A DNA stretch of 64,000 nt from Narcine bancroftii (Eukaryota): contig NC_091470.1 of NCBI RefSeq assembly GCF_036971445.1, positions 182,032,001-182,096,000 on the forward strand, written 5' to 3'. Position numbers and translations under genes: made by a program. Positions 1 to 13,000 of the stretch are shown piece after piece (position 1 is the first letter of the stretch; the number at the start of each line of letters is the position of its first letter). Below the pieces are notes generated by a model. It did not search any database, was not told the origin of the DNA, and worked only from the letters and a program-made list of their open reading frames with translations.

Positions 1-3000
1 CAGCAGGCAAAAGGTGCAGGTGCCCCAAGACCCCACCAGGTTCAGGGACAGCTGCTAATCCCTCCACCATCGGGATCTTCATCGATAAACTCAATCAGGG
101 ACTCATTTAAGGACCCTTACTTGTGTACGTTATTGTATTGCACAGTCAGCTTGTTTACATTTCTTTGTTTACACGTGTACATTAGATACAGTTCCGCTCT
201 ACCAATAAGTGGTAATTCTGCCTGGCCTATAGGAAAAGAACCTTAGGGTTGTATGTGATGTCATGTATGTCATAAATACATACATGACAAAAAACCTGAA
301 ATCTGAAAACACTGGACGTGCTTAGCAGATAAGACAGATCTGAAGAAAAGGAAACAGTCAAGATTTTGGGTTCCATGCCATTCATTTTGCCATCTACATT
401 TCCCCACATTAGAACCACTTAGTTAAGGGTCTGTTTAAATGCATCTTCAACAATAACACTTTGCCTCCTGAACTCGTTTGGTTCTATTTTATTGAGTTTT
501 GGCTGTTGAGCACAAAACTCACCTCACCATTTTCCTATCACGTACTGTGCTTTTTTTAAAGATACAACCTATTTTTGTGATTTCCCGGCCTCAAGCGCAC
601 AAACCCATGAACAGCAACATGCCATTAAAAGCTCATGTTCTGCATTCGCACCTTCCCGGCTGATCTTGGTGACGACCATGGTGAAAGGTTTCACAGGGGC
701 ATTGCGACCAATGGTGTCATGGCAACCGGAATCCAACAACATTGGCCGACGACTGTGGGACACTGACACGAGAGGCATCAGATGCTGAGTACAAACGAAA
801 ATCAGCGGCAAAACATTTTTAGGTCGACCGAACTAACGGTATGTGCCAGCATCATTAAACATGCTAAATTCAATGCACGTTCATTTAATTCCAATTTCCT
901 ACGTGATACAACAATCCTGAAATTACCTTTGTGTTTAGATGAAAGTTGTCGATCATAATGCTCTTTTTATTCAAGAAGCAAACGTTTTGGAAAAACATTA
1001 CTCTCCAGTGTAATTTAATCTGCTTTCTACTGTCTCTTCTGCAGGGTATTCTAAATATCAACCACTCTCTGTTATTTTTTTAAAAACTCCATGCAGCTTT
1101 TAAACCTTTTAACTTCTTAAGGTGGTGACTGTTGTCACTTGTATCCCTGTCACTGGAAAACAGATTTGGAAGATCTACTCTTACAGAGCACCTTCTCATT
1201 TTGTATCAGTTCCCCTAATCGTCAATCACTCCAGGGAAAATAAGCTAGACCACTTGCCTGATGGCAGCAGTGAGAACAGAGCTTGTCCTGGGTGATGTGG
1301 ATCATTGATGGTCGCTGCTGCTCTCCCCAATGGCAGCGTTCCCCTGTAGATTTTCTCGATGGTGGGGAGGGGGGGAGGGGGAGGGTGTGGTTTGCCTGGG
1401 CTGTGTCCACAATCATTCTCTGTTATTAAAATCATGTCGTGAAGCATTGTTTCTTGTCCACAGCTGCTGACTGATCTTCCAAGTTCCTTTTCTGGCATTA
1501 TTGTGTCAGTTCTGTATGTTATCAATGTCACACATACATGCGTGGGGAAAAAAATCCAGGGTATGGGGGGCAGTGAAATGAGGCCAACATGAATCTTAAC
1601 CCTTCCCTTTCCAAGCTGGATCAAGCTGAATCTACAGGGTTTTACAAAGTTTGGCTACACTAAATAATTAGCAATTGCAGGCGTGCACAGTTTCCCCATT
1701 TCGATTCTGCGCTCCACTCCCACGTCTGCCCATGGGCTAGTACACTGTCAAACCAAGTCTGCCATTAAATTACAGAAGAAACATCCAATATCCTGCCCGG
1801 GGCGCTCTCTGCCCGCATGGCATTAACGCAGACTTCGGCTCACCAGCTTCCCGCTCTCTCTCTCCCTCTCTCTCTCTATTCACTAGAGCGATCCCCCCTT
1901 TCCTCTGTTTGCTCCTTCCCCTATCTACCTATGACCTCCTGCCTGTGGGATTGTGCTCTTCCCTCCACCATTTTGTTCAGACATCTGCCTCCATTTTACT
2001 CAGACCTTTAATGAGCCCAAAATATTGGTGATGCATTTTTAATCTTTACTACATAAAGAACACTGTTCGACCTGCTGAGTGTCTCCAGCATTGTCCGAAG
2101 ACTTTTGTGTTATACTACAGGTCCTTTGAGACCAAGAGCAAAAGTGTAGAGTGAGCAAATGAATCTTACAACCTGAGAGAGGCAAATTAGATCCATCTGG
2201 GGGTAGTGACGGTATTATTCTTGAGGTAATATGACCCCTACAAGGCATAGGAGCAGAAATGGGCCTTTCAGCCCATTCAATCATGAGCTGATCTATTTTC
2301 CCTCTGCCCACCCTTCTCCCCATAACCTTTGATGCCACTGGCTCATCGAGAGCTGATCAATCTCTGTCTTAAATACACCCAATGGCCCAGCCTCCACAGC
2401 TGCCTGTGGCAATTGGTGGGGGGGGGGGGGGGGGTAAATAAACAAGGCAAATACAATTCCAATGGGGTTTAACAAGAGACTCTTAGCGCTTTGCTATTGC
2501 AATAGCAGTAACCTAGGTTTGAATCCTGTGCTGTTGAATGTAACATTTTGAATGCTGGAAGGATTCCTTTGGTGGGTGAGTCCAGGGCAAGAAGGAACTG
2601 TCTTAGAATGAGAAGGTACCCATTTAAAGCAGAGATGAGGAGAAATTTCTTCAGCCAGAGGGTTGTGGATTTGTGGAATTCGTGACCCCATCCAGATGTG
2701 GAGGCCTGATCACTGGAGAAGTTGAAAGCGGTGATTCCTTGATTCCCCCTAATTAGTCAGGGGGATCAAGGGATCTGAGGAGAAGGCCGGTAATTGGAAC
2801 GAGATGTGAGAATTGTTTAGCTCAGGGAGCAGACTCGATGGGCTTGATGGCCTTTTCAGTTCCTTTATCTTGTGATGTGTCTGTAAGGAGCTTGCATGCG
2901 CTCCCCAATGTCTGCCTGGGTGTCCTCCTGGTGCTCTGCTTTCCTACCACCCTCCAATGGTCGTGTGGGGGGGTAGGGGGGGGGGGGGTTGTCAGTGAAC

Positions 3001-3140
3001 TGCAGTGTCTAGGGCAGGGCGGGCCTGTCACCATGCTGTATGTCTATTTTTTTAAGTATAAGCATTATGTGGGGGGCAAGAGCAAAACACAAATGTGCTG
3101 GAATAACTCAGTGGGTCGCCCTTTCGGGTCTGGGTATATA

Positions 3141-3352
3141 CAGGTGGTCCTCGACTTCCAACGTTTGCGATTTACGTCCTCCCGCATACACGACCAAATT
3201 TTTATAGAAATCTTTATTAAAGCTACTGGACAAACTCATGTTTTGCATTAAAAGTACTTAATTCAGTGGGTCCCGCTCCCCGACTTACGACCAAAACGAG
3301 GGTTACACCCCTATCGCTCCGATCCACTGCGGCCGTAAATCGGGGGACTGCC
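3141..3352. mobile_element. Tc1/mariner (Tigger-like) MITE in the CALHM intron
   Basis: TA-CAGGTGGTCCTCGACTT at the left end; degenerate inverted copy AAATCGGGGGACTGCCCG at the right. Similar termini to the element at 12804-13312. Confidence 0.5.
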
Positions 3353-3413
3353 CGTGGATGCTGCCGAGTTTCTCCGGCGCGTCTGTGTCCATTGCGCCAC
3401 TAGAGCAACTCAC

Positions 3414-3944
3414 CCTGGACTCGAACTTCAAGATGCGGATGAGTTCCGAGTTCTCGTTCGGCGGTTCCCAGCTCCCGAGGGTCAGCGCTTTTCCCGCCAC
3501 GCCTCGGCTGGCGGGAAGCCTTAAGAAGTATTGCATGCAGGCGTAACAGTCCCCGTCCAGGAGAACCACGATGATCCAAACCCAGGAATGATAGAAGACT
3601 TTGAGGAACGCCGTGAGCTGCCAGGACGCGGCGCGGCGGCGGGAAGCGCCGGGACTCGGGGCGCCAGCGCCTTTGGCTAGGACACCGCCTCGGCAACACA
3701 TCAGGCATTCCCTGTGTAGGAAAACGCTGAGCAGCGTCAGGACCGCGGCTGGAACCAGGAGGAAGGAGATGCCGTACACCTCGTTGTAGCCGCTCAGCCA
3801 TGGGCACTGGCAGCCGATCTCGCCCATCTCTTGCAAGCCCCAGAATACAGTGGCGACCACCAAGGAGCCGAGCACCTGGAAGGTGGGCTTCCCCACCAGG
3901 GCGAGTTTGTCCTGCTCTGACAGTTGCAGGAGGTGGAAGGACAT
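3414..3944 (-). CDS. CALHM (calcium homeostasis modulator/FAM26) family channel, coding exon 1 (177 aa); later exon(s) not identified and probably left of the window
   Basis: ORF carries CALHM motifs in order: CQCPW..YNEVYGISFLLVPA, then WVWIIVVLLDGDCYAC, and ends ELIRILKFESR at a phase-0 GTGAGT donor (3413), where CALHM genes have their intron (..SQ|). Paralogue cannot be assigned by eye. Confidence 0.8.
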
Positions 3945-4249
3945 GCCGACTTCAGTGGCTCTTCCCCCCCCCCCACCCCACCCACTCCCTCCCTCCCCAC
4001 TGCCGGAGGAAGACTCCCCTCCCTAGAGTGATGGACGGCGTCGGTGTTTGCTTTGCTACGCGTCCTTTCTGCCTGTGCAAGCTCCGACCTCGCCTGCTCT
4101 CGGGGTCTGGGAGTTGACGCCGTTCCTCTTGGCAAGTGAATATGCGTTTTGCTTTCCGGATGGTTGGGAGCCGATGGGAGTGCCTGGGCCACTGGATGGG
4201 GCCCTTCAAGCCTACGCTTCCATTGAAATCTACCCCTACCAGGGCTGTT

Positions 4250-4826
4250 CACGTTTAAGGTCATTACATCTAACCTACTCCCTCAAGGGGTTTGGTGTGA
4301 CATCAGAAACTTTGGCAAAATTCCACAGAGGTGTGGGACAAAGGGTGCTGACCGGCGGCATCACGGTCTGGTATGGGGAGATCAGGACCCCTCCCCCGAA
4401 CGCAAGGCCCTCCCAAAGGTAGTGGACGCAGGCCAGGACATCACAGGCAAAACCCTCCTCACCATCATCGAGAGCACCTACGGGGGAAGAGCTGCTGTCG
4501 GAAAGCGATCCACTCCACCCGGCACACGCTCTGTTCTCACTGCTGCCGCCAGGAAAGAGGTGTTGGGGCCACAAGACTTGTACCCACCAGGTTCAGGAAT
4601 AGCTGCTTCCTCTCCACCATCAGACTCCTCAACGACAAACTCAATCAAGGACTCATTTAAGGACTCTGACTTGTGCACTTTTATCGATTTTCTTTTGTTC
4701 TCCCTGTATTGCACAGTCAGTTTGCTTACATTCATTTCCTGTTTACACTTCTTTCTTTGCTTCCATGTTCACACTGTGTGCAGTTTATTTTTTGCACCAC
4801 CAATTAGTGATAATTCTGCTGTGCCC
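4250..4826 (+). mobile_element. Rex1/Babar-like LINE 3' fragment
   Basis: Decayed C-terminal coding remnant plus a 3' UTR shared with other copies in the window (1-300, 61100-61630). Confidence 0.6.
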
Positions 4827-4835
4827 GCATACTCG

Positions 4836-5235
4836 GGCAGAATTACCACCTATTGGCAGTGCAAAAAAAAACCACTGCACTCAATCTACACATGTAAACA
4901 AATAAAGAAATGTAAACAAACTGACTGTGCAATGCAGAGGGGGGGAAAAATCAATAGTGCACAAGAGTCCCCGATTAAGTTTGTCGTGGAGGAGTCTGAC
5001 AGTGGAGGGGGAGCAGCTGTTCCTGAACCTGGTGGTGTGAGTCTTGTGGCCCCGACACCTCTTTCCTGATGACAGCAGCGAGAAGAGCGTGGACCGAGTG
5101 ATGTGGATCCTTGATAATCGCTGCCGCTCTCCAACGGCAGTGTTCCCCGCAGATGTAGTTCATAGTAGGGAGGGCTTTGCTTGAGATGTCCTGGGTTGAG
5201 TCCACCACCTTTTGCAGGGCTTTACGCTTACGGGT
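4836..5235 (-). mobile_element. Rex1/Babar-like LINE 3' fragment, inverted relative to its neighbour
   Basis: Reverse complement of the 4410-4826 sequence, with substitutions. Confidence 0.6.
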
Positions 5236-6623
5236 TCATTGTTAATTTAAAAAAATTTAAACCTATAGCAGGGTAACAGGCCATTTTGACCCACCAGCCC
5301 TTGCACTCAATTTCCACCCAATTGACCTAGAAGGTGAAGAAATCGGAACCCCCAGGGGGAAACCCCTTGCACGACGTGGGATTCGAACTGGTCCCGATCT
5401 CTGGTGCTGCGAAGGTGTGGCACTAACCACTACGCCAACTGTGCTGCTCTTGACCCTACAACTCCTGGCTGGCACCCAACGACTGCCTGCAAACACATCA
5501 TTGATCTCAAGGTGTCATTCAGCTTTTCTCTCCACCTTTCAAGCACTTAAAAAAAACCCTCAATTAAATTCTGTTTTCGGAGTGACAAAGAATTTGACAT
5601 TACGCTTACAAACGTTGCAATTATAACAGCCTCAATGTCGATTTTAACGAATTAATGATAGCTTTGTTCTTTTACTGCCAGGGGTTCTCCGCCAGAGCCT
5701 CATTTCTGTTAGGGGCGCTGAACAAAGTGGCAAGACTCTGCCTTCCTTACGGTAGACAATGTTAAAGAATTTCAGACATGCTACGTTCTAAATGTAGTTT
5801 TATGTGACAATAATGGAAACTTTTACCTTTAAAATAAAAAAATTCCTTTTGAATTTCGCTTTAAGAAGTGAAAGGAGCAGAAAGCATTGCATCCAACAGC
5901 ATAAATGCCTGTAGGGTTCACAGGTAAGCAGTCTCCCTCAACAGCTACCCCAGTGGTGCTCCACAAGATGGAGAGATAAGGCAACAAACCTGCCACTGGA
6001 AGGACACTGTAGTACAGGAACTCGGCGGGTCACCCAGGATCCATGGAAAGCAACTTTGGCCTGACCCACGGGCGCCACAGCCCTCAATTGGAGTGAGCCC
6101 TTGTGTCAGTTCGAGAGCAATCAAGTTTTGTCTGCCCACCAACTTACTGGCAAGGGGAGAAAAAAAAAGTAGAATCCACCAGCTTGCAAACTTTGCTTTA
6201 ATTCAAGTGACGTTACATTACAATATAGAACGAAGAAATACTGAACAGTGTCAGTTCTGTGCCTTCAGCCGCCGTTGGCACAATCGGGCTTGTTTAAATC
6301 CTTTCCATCCACAGCAAAGATTTAAAAATAAAGATAACATTCCCAGCTGCACTTTGCACTGTATTAACAGGGGGGTGGCAGGGGGGGGGGGGGGGGAAAG
6401 AGAAAAAAAAAATCACAAGCCCCATTTCAGTGTAAATAAACAGGTGATTCTCTAGCCTTCCAGAGGTTGTCCAGAAGGCTTTGTCGGAGACAATGGCAAG
6501 ATAGCAGCATGAAGTCTCACAGGTTGCTAGATGCTTGCGCATTTTTTTTGTTGTTGTTGAAGAGACACATACATAACCCACCTTGTCAAATCATCTTGTT
6601 CCTGGACCTATTCATAAACATAT

Positions 6624-6692
6624 TCTATCTATCTATCTATAGATATCTATATATAAATATATATATAGATATATATAGATATCTATATATAT
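6624..6692. repeat. (TATC)n/(TA)n microsatellite
   Basis: Directly visible. Confidence 0.9.
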
Positions 6693-7064
6693 AAAAAAGT
6701 TTCCAAAGGGGGGAATCAATGATTTTGCATTTGGTCCACAACAGGATTTGTATTTCTGGATCATTGGAAAAAACATTTTGCGGAAATGCAGATTGGACAC
6801 CAAAAAGGCAAGGATCAGTGAAATTCAATTTCAAGGTGGTGATAGTGGGGGGAGGGGCATTGGAATAAGGGAAGGATACAGACTGCTGTGTCCCTTCTTG
6901 GAACGGTACTGTCAAGACCTCCGTTGTTACAGCCATCCTTGCGCAGAAGTTCAAAAATCAAATTCTGTGGAAATGAGGGTGCAGATTCTGTTCTGGGATT
7001 GGGCAGCTGAGAGTGAGTGCCACATAAATACACCTGGTCTCCCACTCACGTCGGGGCTCTCCTC

Positions 7065-10000
7065 TCATTGTTTCTGCTGCATGGCTTCTTTTCTTGCTGC
7101 ATCCTGCAATAACTGGGTGTCCACTTCATCAGCAGGGAGCTGGACATAACGTACCACCGAGCCGCGGATGAAGCAGTTCTTCACGGAGAGCTGGAATGGA
7201 AAATAATACCAGCAAGGCCATCGTTTTACTGATAATACCCATGATTCAAAGGGGGGGGTCAAGGGGATTTTTGCAGCACTGAACAAGGTGCATGCTCTCT
7301 AGACTTTCATTCTCCTCAAATCCCCCCACCGCCATTCCCCCATATTAGAAAAAGGCTATTTAGCCCGTCGGCTCTCAAAGGAGAGGACAGGCTGTCTGGG
7401 GGGGGAGGGGTTTCCCCTTGGAATAGGAGAAACGGAAAGGATGTCTGCATGTGGCCTGCTCTAACAAATCTTTCTCACCTCTACATACTCTGGTCAGAGT
7501 ATATACTTTTGGATCCTTGTGCGAAATGTAGCCCCACAAAAAAAATAGCTGTGTAAATGTTGCCCCCGCCAAATGAGACCCGAGCAATTGATCCAAAACA
7601 AAGACCCACGATTCCTACACGAGAATACACAGTAGTTGGCAGGAGAGAAGTACCGAAGAAACTAAAGCTTGACTGCTTCTCTGGGAAGGGGGCTCATAAG
7701 CTTTGAGTAGAGTCCTGGTGGGGCATTGCTGAAAAAGAAAAGGTTGAGAGTGGCTGCTCTGGAACACTAAATTGGTGTAAAACACTCACCATGTGTGGAT
7801 ATTTCTCTGGATCAGTGACACTGATATCTGTCAGCTTGATGTTCAAGTACTGAAAGGAATACGACAGGAAATGAAACTCTAACCATTGCTTCTCAAAGAC
7901 TAGATAACATATTTACATCACAGTGATCCACCTTTATCTTGGCAGTATTACAGCACCACTTTATCCTTTAAGAAGTCTGATCATGAGAAATGGGAGTGCA
8001 CATTCGTAATCCAAACCCAAGCCTGCTCTGTCAGTCATCCTTCTCTGAGCAGAATGCTGGAGAAACTCAACAGTGTACTTTATATGGCCAGGGTACACAA
8101 GCAACGTTTCGGGTCGCAGCCCTTCATCGAGGACTGAGCAAAATCATGGGAGATGGGAGCAAATCTTCAGCCAGCGGAGCGACTCGGCCAGCCTTCGCTT
8201 GTGGCAGCTGTTTGCGTAAAGTTGCGTGAGACAGCAACGGCGTCGCCCAGGATGAAGAACCAGTCAATGCCACTCGCCGTTGGGGGTAGGGGGGGGGGGG
8301 AAGGGTGGCTCTCTTAAAAGTGTGTCCTTTACCCCCATTTAGTGCTTAGTAAGAGTTAACCTGGTCAGAGGCTTGGGGGTGGGGAGGGGGGGCAATCCAT
8401 TGCTTATAATTTAGGCAGCTGTCTGGAGGGGGAGGAATCTAAAGATGGAGCAACTGTTGAAAATCAAGTAAAATGCTTCAGTTTATATATTCCATATATT
8501 ATTTTTGTCTTTTATACACTGTTTATTCTTTGTTAGGCATTGTAAGAGCAAGTCTCAAGCAACCGGAAAATGAACTTAACAGGCATCTACCAATGCCCAC
8601 AGGTTTGAATAAGACCGCAGGTGCCAAAATAAAAAAAAAACACTGTTGCTCACACCCACAATTTTCTCGCCCTTTACTCATCTACTTCCATCTAGCAATT
8701 AAGCCCCACCCACCTGGTTGTATCAATCCCCTACCATTCTCCACCCCCCTCCCCCACTACTATACATTGGCCATCTTTCCTCTTCCCTTAGTTCAGGTGC
8801 AGGATCCCTGATCTAAATATTTAATGCACACCATTTTCCTTTTGCCTCCACTAAGATCTTCAAGCGTTCTTCTTTTGTTCTACAACTCGAGTAATCCCAA
8901 ATTCTGGAGCTTGAAGGGCAAGAGTTGATACAACAATAAATTTTTTTAAAAGATGGCGACTGCAATTCCGTTTATATATAAAAAAAATCAATTATACAGT
9001 CACGGTGGAAAGCTCCAACTAAATCCACGTTGAATGGAATCCAACCATGAGAAATAAGCAGCTTCAAGAATTGATTTGTCACCCTGATGTACAACTTAAA
9101 GTCTAAACGGTTTTGATGTTGAAACATGATCATTTTAAAATTGTGAAAGACAACACACCTGATCAACAGAATGAAGAGTTCCGCAAATACTGAAAATAAG
9201 GACAAAGAGTTGTATTAAAACCCGTTTTCTTTTAAAAAAATAGTCATCTTTTTACTTTCTTCCACATAAAACACCCTCAAGCCCTACATTTAGAAGAGTA
9301 ACCTATATGCCGTCGTATTGAACGACTCGTGTGTAGGACGACCCCCCCCTCCGAATTTCTACCTAAAATGTTGGTTTTGAGTGATACCCTTTATATAAGA
9401 TGACCCCCTCCCCACCGCTCACTCAAATCTGCCGCTGCTGACCAGTAGATGCTGTTAAAAAGCAAATCACAATATTTTAATATTTATGCCAAAAGGCTGG
9501 ACAACACCATTATCATTTAAATCTTCTTTGGATATTTTGAAATAAACCACTGTCAGCTCATGTAACAGGGTCGCTTAAAGCCAGTGGAGAACGGAAGGTA
9601 GTCTAACCGGACAGCTGGACCCCGCAGAGGAGCGCTGAAACTTCACATCTCACAGAGTATAGCCACTGGCAAACCTTCTTCGTGATTGCATCAATGTGGA
9701 GGCTCTATCATGGCTAATGTGATTTATGGTGTGAAAAATAAAAAATTTAAAAAAAAATGTGGAGGCTCCAGGACTGATCCTTGGAGATATTGACACCCAG
9801 GAATTTGACGTTCTTGACCCTCTCCACTGCTGAGTCCTGGATCGTCTTCTCCTGAAGTCCACAACCAACTCCTTGGTTTTGCTAACGTTCAGTTCAAGGT
9901 TGCCGGTGCGATACCACCCAATGCGCCGATCTATCTCCCTCCTGCATGCTTCCACATTGCCGTTTATGATTCTGCCGATGACCGTGGCATCACCGGCCAA

Positions 10001-13000
10001 TGAGTGGATAGCTTGAAGGGCAAGAGTTATAGTGAGTAGAGCAGTGGGCTAAGCACTCATCCTTGAGGTGCGTCTGTACTGACACCCAGTGAGGAGGAGA
10101 CGTTGTTTCCAATTCGTACTGACTGTGGTCTTCCAATGAGGAAGTCAAGGATCCAGTTGCTGAATCCCAGGGTTTGGAGCTTGTAGACCAGCACGGAGGG
10201 AATAATGGTGTTGAAGGCTGAGCTACAGTCTATGAGGAGCAGCTGTACGTACGAGTTGCTGTTTTCGATGTGACCCAGAGCAGAATGGAGACCCAATGCT
10301 AGCATCACCTGTGGAGCAATTGTGACGTCGGGCGGATTGCAGTGGGTCCAGTCCTTTGTTTAGGTACGTGTGAATTCTGGCAGAGCTCGACAATACACTT
10401 CACGTGGGAAGATCCCCGACCTGGTTTATGTCCACTCTGTAGACAGCCCCCACCTTACTAAGCATCCACAGGCTTTCTCACTATCTACCCAATCAAAATT
10501 AAAAAGAGAACCAGAAAAATAACCCTCAAGAAGATTTAAAAAATCAACTTTCCAAACACTCTCCTTCAAAGCTAAAAGTGTTTTCCCAAAATAACTTGGT
10601 TAAAACAAGGATTTTACACTGAAAAATTTGCAAAACAAATAGGATCATGAAAGGGGGTGGGAAGGGAGTGTAAAAACATCAAAATTAATTCCTTGCATTT
10701 GTATCTCCTGCTATCAGACACAAACTAAAATAAAGGGCCACTCACCTCAGGTCATTCTTCAGCTCCACCACTACATCTTTTCCAACAAGGGATTTGAAAA
10801 ATGAATAAAATAACTAAAACATGGGGGATTAAAAAAAAAAGAAAATTAAACTGAGCCAAGTTATTCTTCAAAGAGGTGGAAAATGTTCAGTTGATCTCGC
10901 AAGCTACTTCTCAGCTGGTTGTAAACAGCGCAATAAATAAACTCAGCAGGTCATGCAGCGTCCGTAAGAAGTAAAAGGTAACCAACGCTTCAGACCTGGG
11001 CAAGATTAAGTGCACTTTAATCCGGTGAAAGATTTTCCACCTTCCGCTCAGCTTGTTGGGCTTTCAACACCCAGAGACAACGGCAGGTTCAGAACACCAA
11101 GTCCTGAACAACTTATGAACTATTACGGGTTCAAACCCGCCACCGTCTGTAAGGGTTGTTTTTTTAAAAAATTTCTCCGTGTCTGCGTGGGTTTCCTCCG
11201 GTTTCCCCCCACCCTTCAAAACGTACGGGAATTGGGATATTCGGGCTCAAGGGCCAGAAAGGCCTGTTAGCATGCGGTACATCTTAATTTAATATCACAT
11301 GCGCGAACGAGTTGGCTCCCTGGGAGTCCAGCATTGTCCGGAGCTAAGTGCTTATGGACAAAGCATTAAGAAAATAAAAGCATCAGAAATAGGGACAGGA
11401 GTTGGCCATCCAGCCCGTCAAGCCTGTTCTGCCATTCAATGATCTCCTGGCTGATTGGATGATAGGCTCACCTCCACCTACCTTTTCCCCACATCCCTTA
11501 ATTCTCCTACTTTATAAAAATCGACCCAACCTGATAATTACTGAGTTAGTCTCCACTGCTTCAATGGGCAGCAAATTCCATCTCCCTCTGGGAAAAGTCA
11601 TTCCTCATCCCCATCCTATTGTCCCTTAGTTCAAGTCTCTCCCACCAATGGAAACAACATAACCACCTCACTCTGTCTACTCTTCTTCACATCCCCAGCC
11701 CCTTCCCTCTCCTGTCAGAAAGGGCGGGATAGTTAGCATAATACTGTTACAGCTCCAGCAACTAGGGTTCAAATTCGATGCTGTCTGTAAAGTTTTTGTA
11801 CGTTCTCCCTGTATCTGCGTGGGTTTCCTCCCAGTTGTAGGTTAATTGGGTGTAACTGGGCGGCATGGACTCATGGGCTGGAAAGGCCGGAAACTGTGCT
11901 GTTTGCCCCTTTCCCCTGTCACTTCTGAGCTTTTAATCCTCTCTTCTAACCTTCTACCTGTATCTTCCCATGAGTTATTATTCGTCTACAATCAGAGACG
12001 GTAACTTCTACATCGGAGAGACTGAGGGCAGATCGGGAGAGCACTTCGCTGCGCACCTTAGCTCTGTTCTCATCAGTGTCCAGGATCTCCCAGTGGCCAA
12101 TCATTTCAACTCTGCGCCCCATTCCCGCACTGACGTGACTGTCCATGGCATCATCATATACCATCCCACCAAGACCACCCGCAAAATTGGTGGGGGGAAC
12201 ATTTAATATTCTGCCTGGGCATGTTCTCCAACCGGATGGCATTAACGTTGACTTCTCCGGTTTCTGAAACCCACTCCCTGTTCTCTTTCCCTTCCCTCTC
12301 TCTTCTTTCCTCTGTACCCCCCCTCCCCCTGTTTGCTGGTGTGCCCCCCCTTCTTTCTCCACCTATTTCTTCCTGTCTGTGGGATAAATACTCCCCACCC
12401 CCCACCAATTTATTCAGGCACTTGCCTACATTTGGCTCATATCCTGATGAAGGGCTCAAGCCAGAAATGTTGGTTATGCAGCTTTATCATTGCTATATAA
12501 AGTACATGGTTTGACCTGCTGCGTTTCTCCAGAATCGTGTTTGTACCTCAACCGTGATGTCTGCAGACGTTCATGTTTTACAGTTCTTATTTGTTAGCTT
12601 GTGCTCCTCCCCTTGCACTTTGTTCCCACCTTTTTAATCAGGAACCTACCTATTTTTTGCCATACCACAATGAAGGGGCCCAGGCACGAAATGTGGCCTC
12701 CTACAGATGCTGCGTGACTTGTTGAGTTTCTCCAGTACGTTAGTGTGTTGTTAAAAAAAAGTAAGAACACAATGCTGGAAAAATACACCAGTCAAATAGC
12801 GTACAGGTATTCCCCGACTTGCGACCTATGCAACTTACGTCCATCTGCCCATATGGCCAACCTCTCACGAGAGCTGTCCTTGGTGGCCGCCATATTGGCT
12901 GGTAGCCAATCTCTCGCAAGGGCTGAACTTAGTGGGCAACCTCACGTGGGGGCTGGCTCTGGTGGCTGTCAAATTCGTCACGGAAGCTGGCCATCACGCT

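Noticed and set aside
420-2240. Short exon-like segments on the - strand as candidates for CALHM exon 2
   Set aside because: None encodes the expected TM4 (xxGWxL) plus long C-terminal helix, and I could not chain the splice phases convincingly.
11720-11900. tRNA genes suggested by A/B-box-like motifs (also near 33600 and 39170)
   Set aside because: No cloverleaf; they are heads of a dispersed SINE family with a shared GGGTTTCCTCC body.
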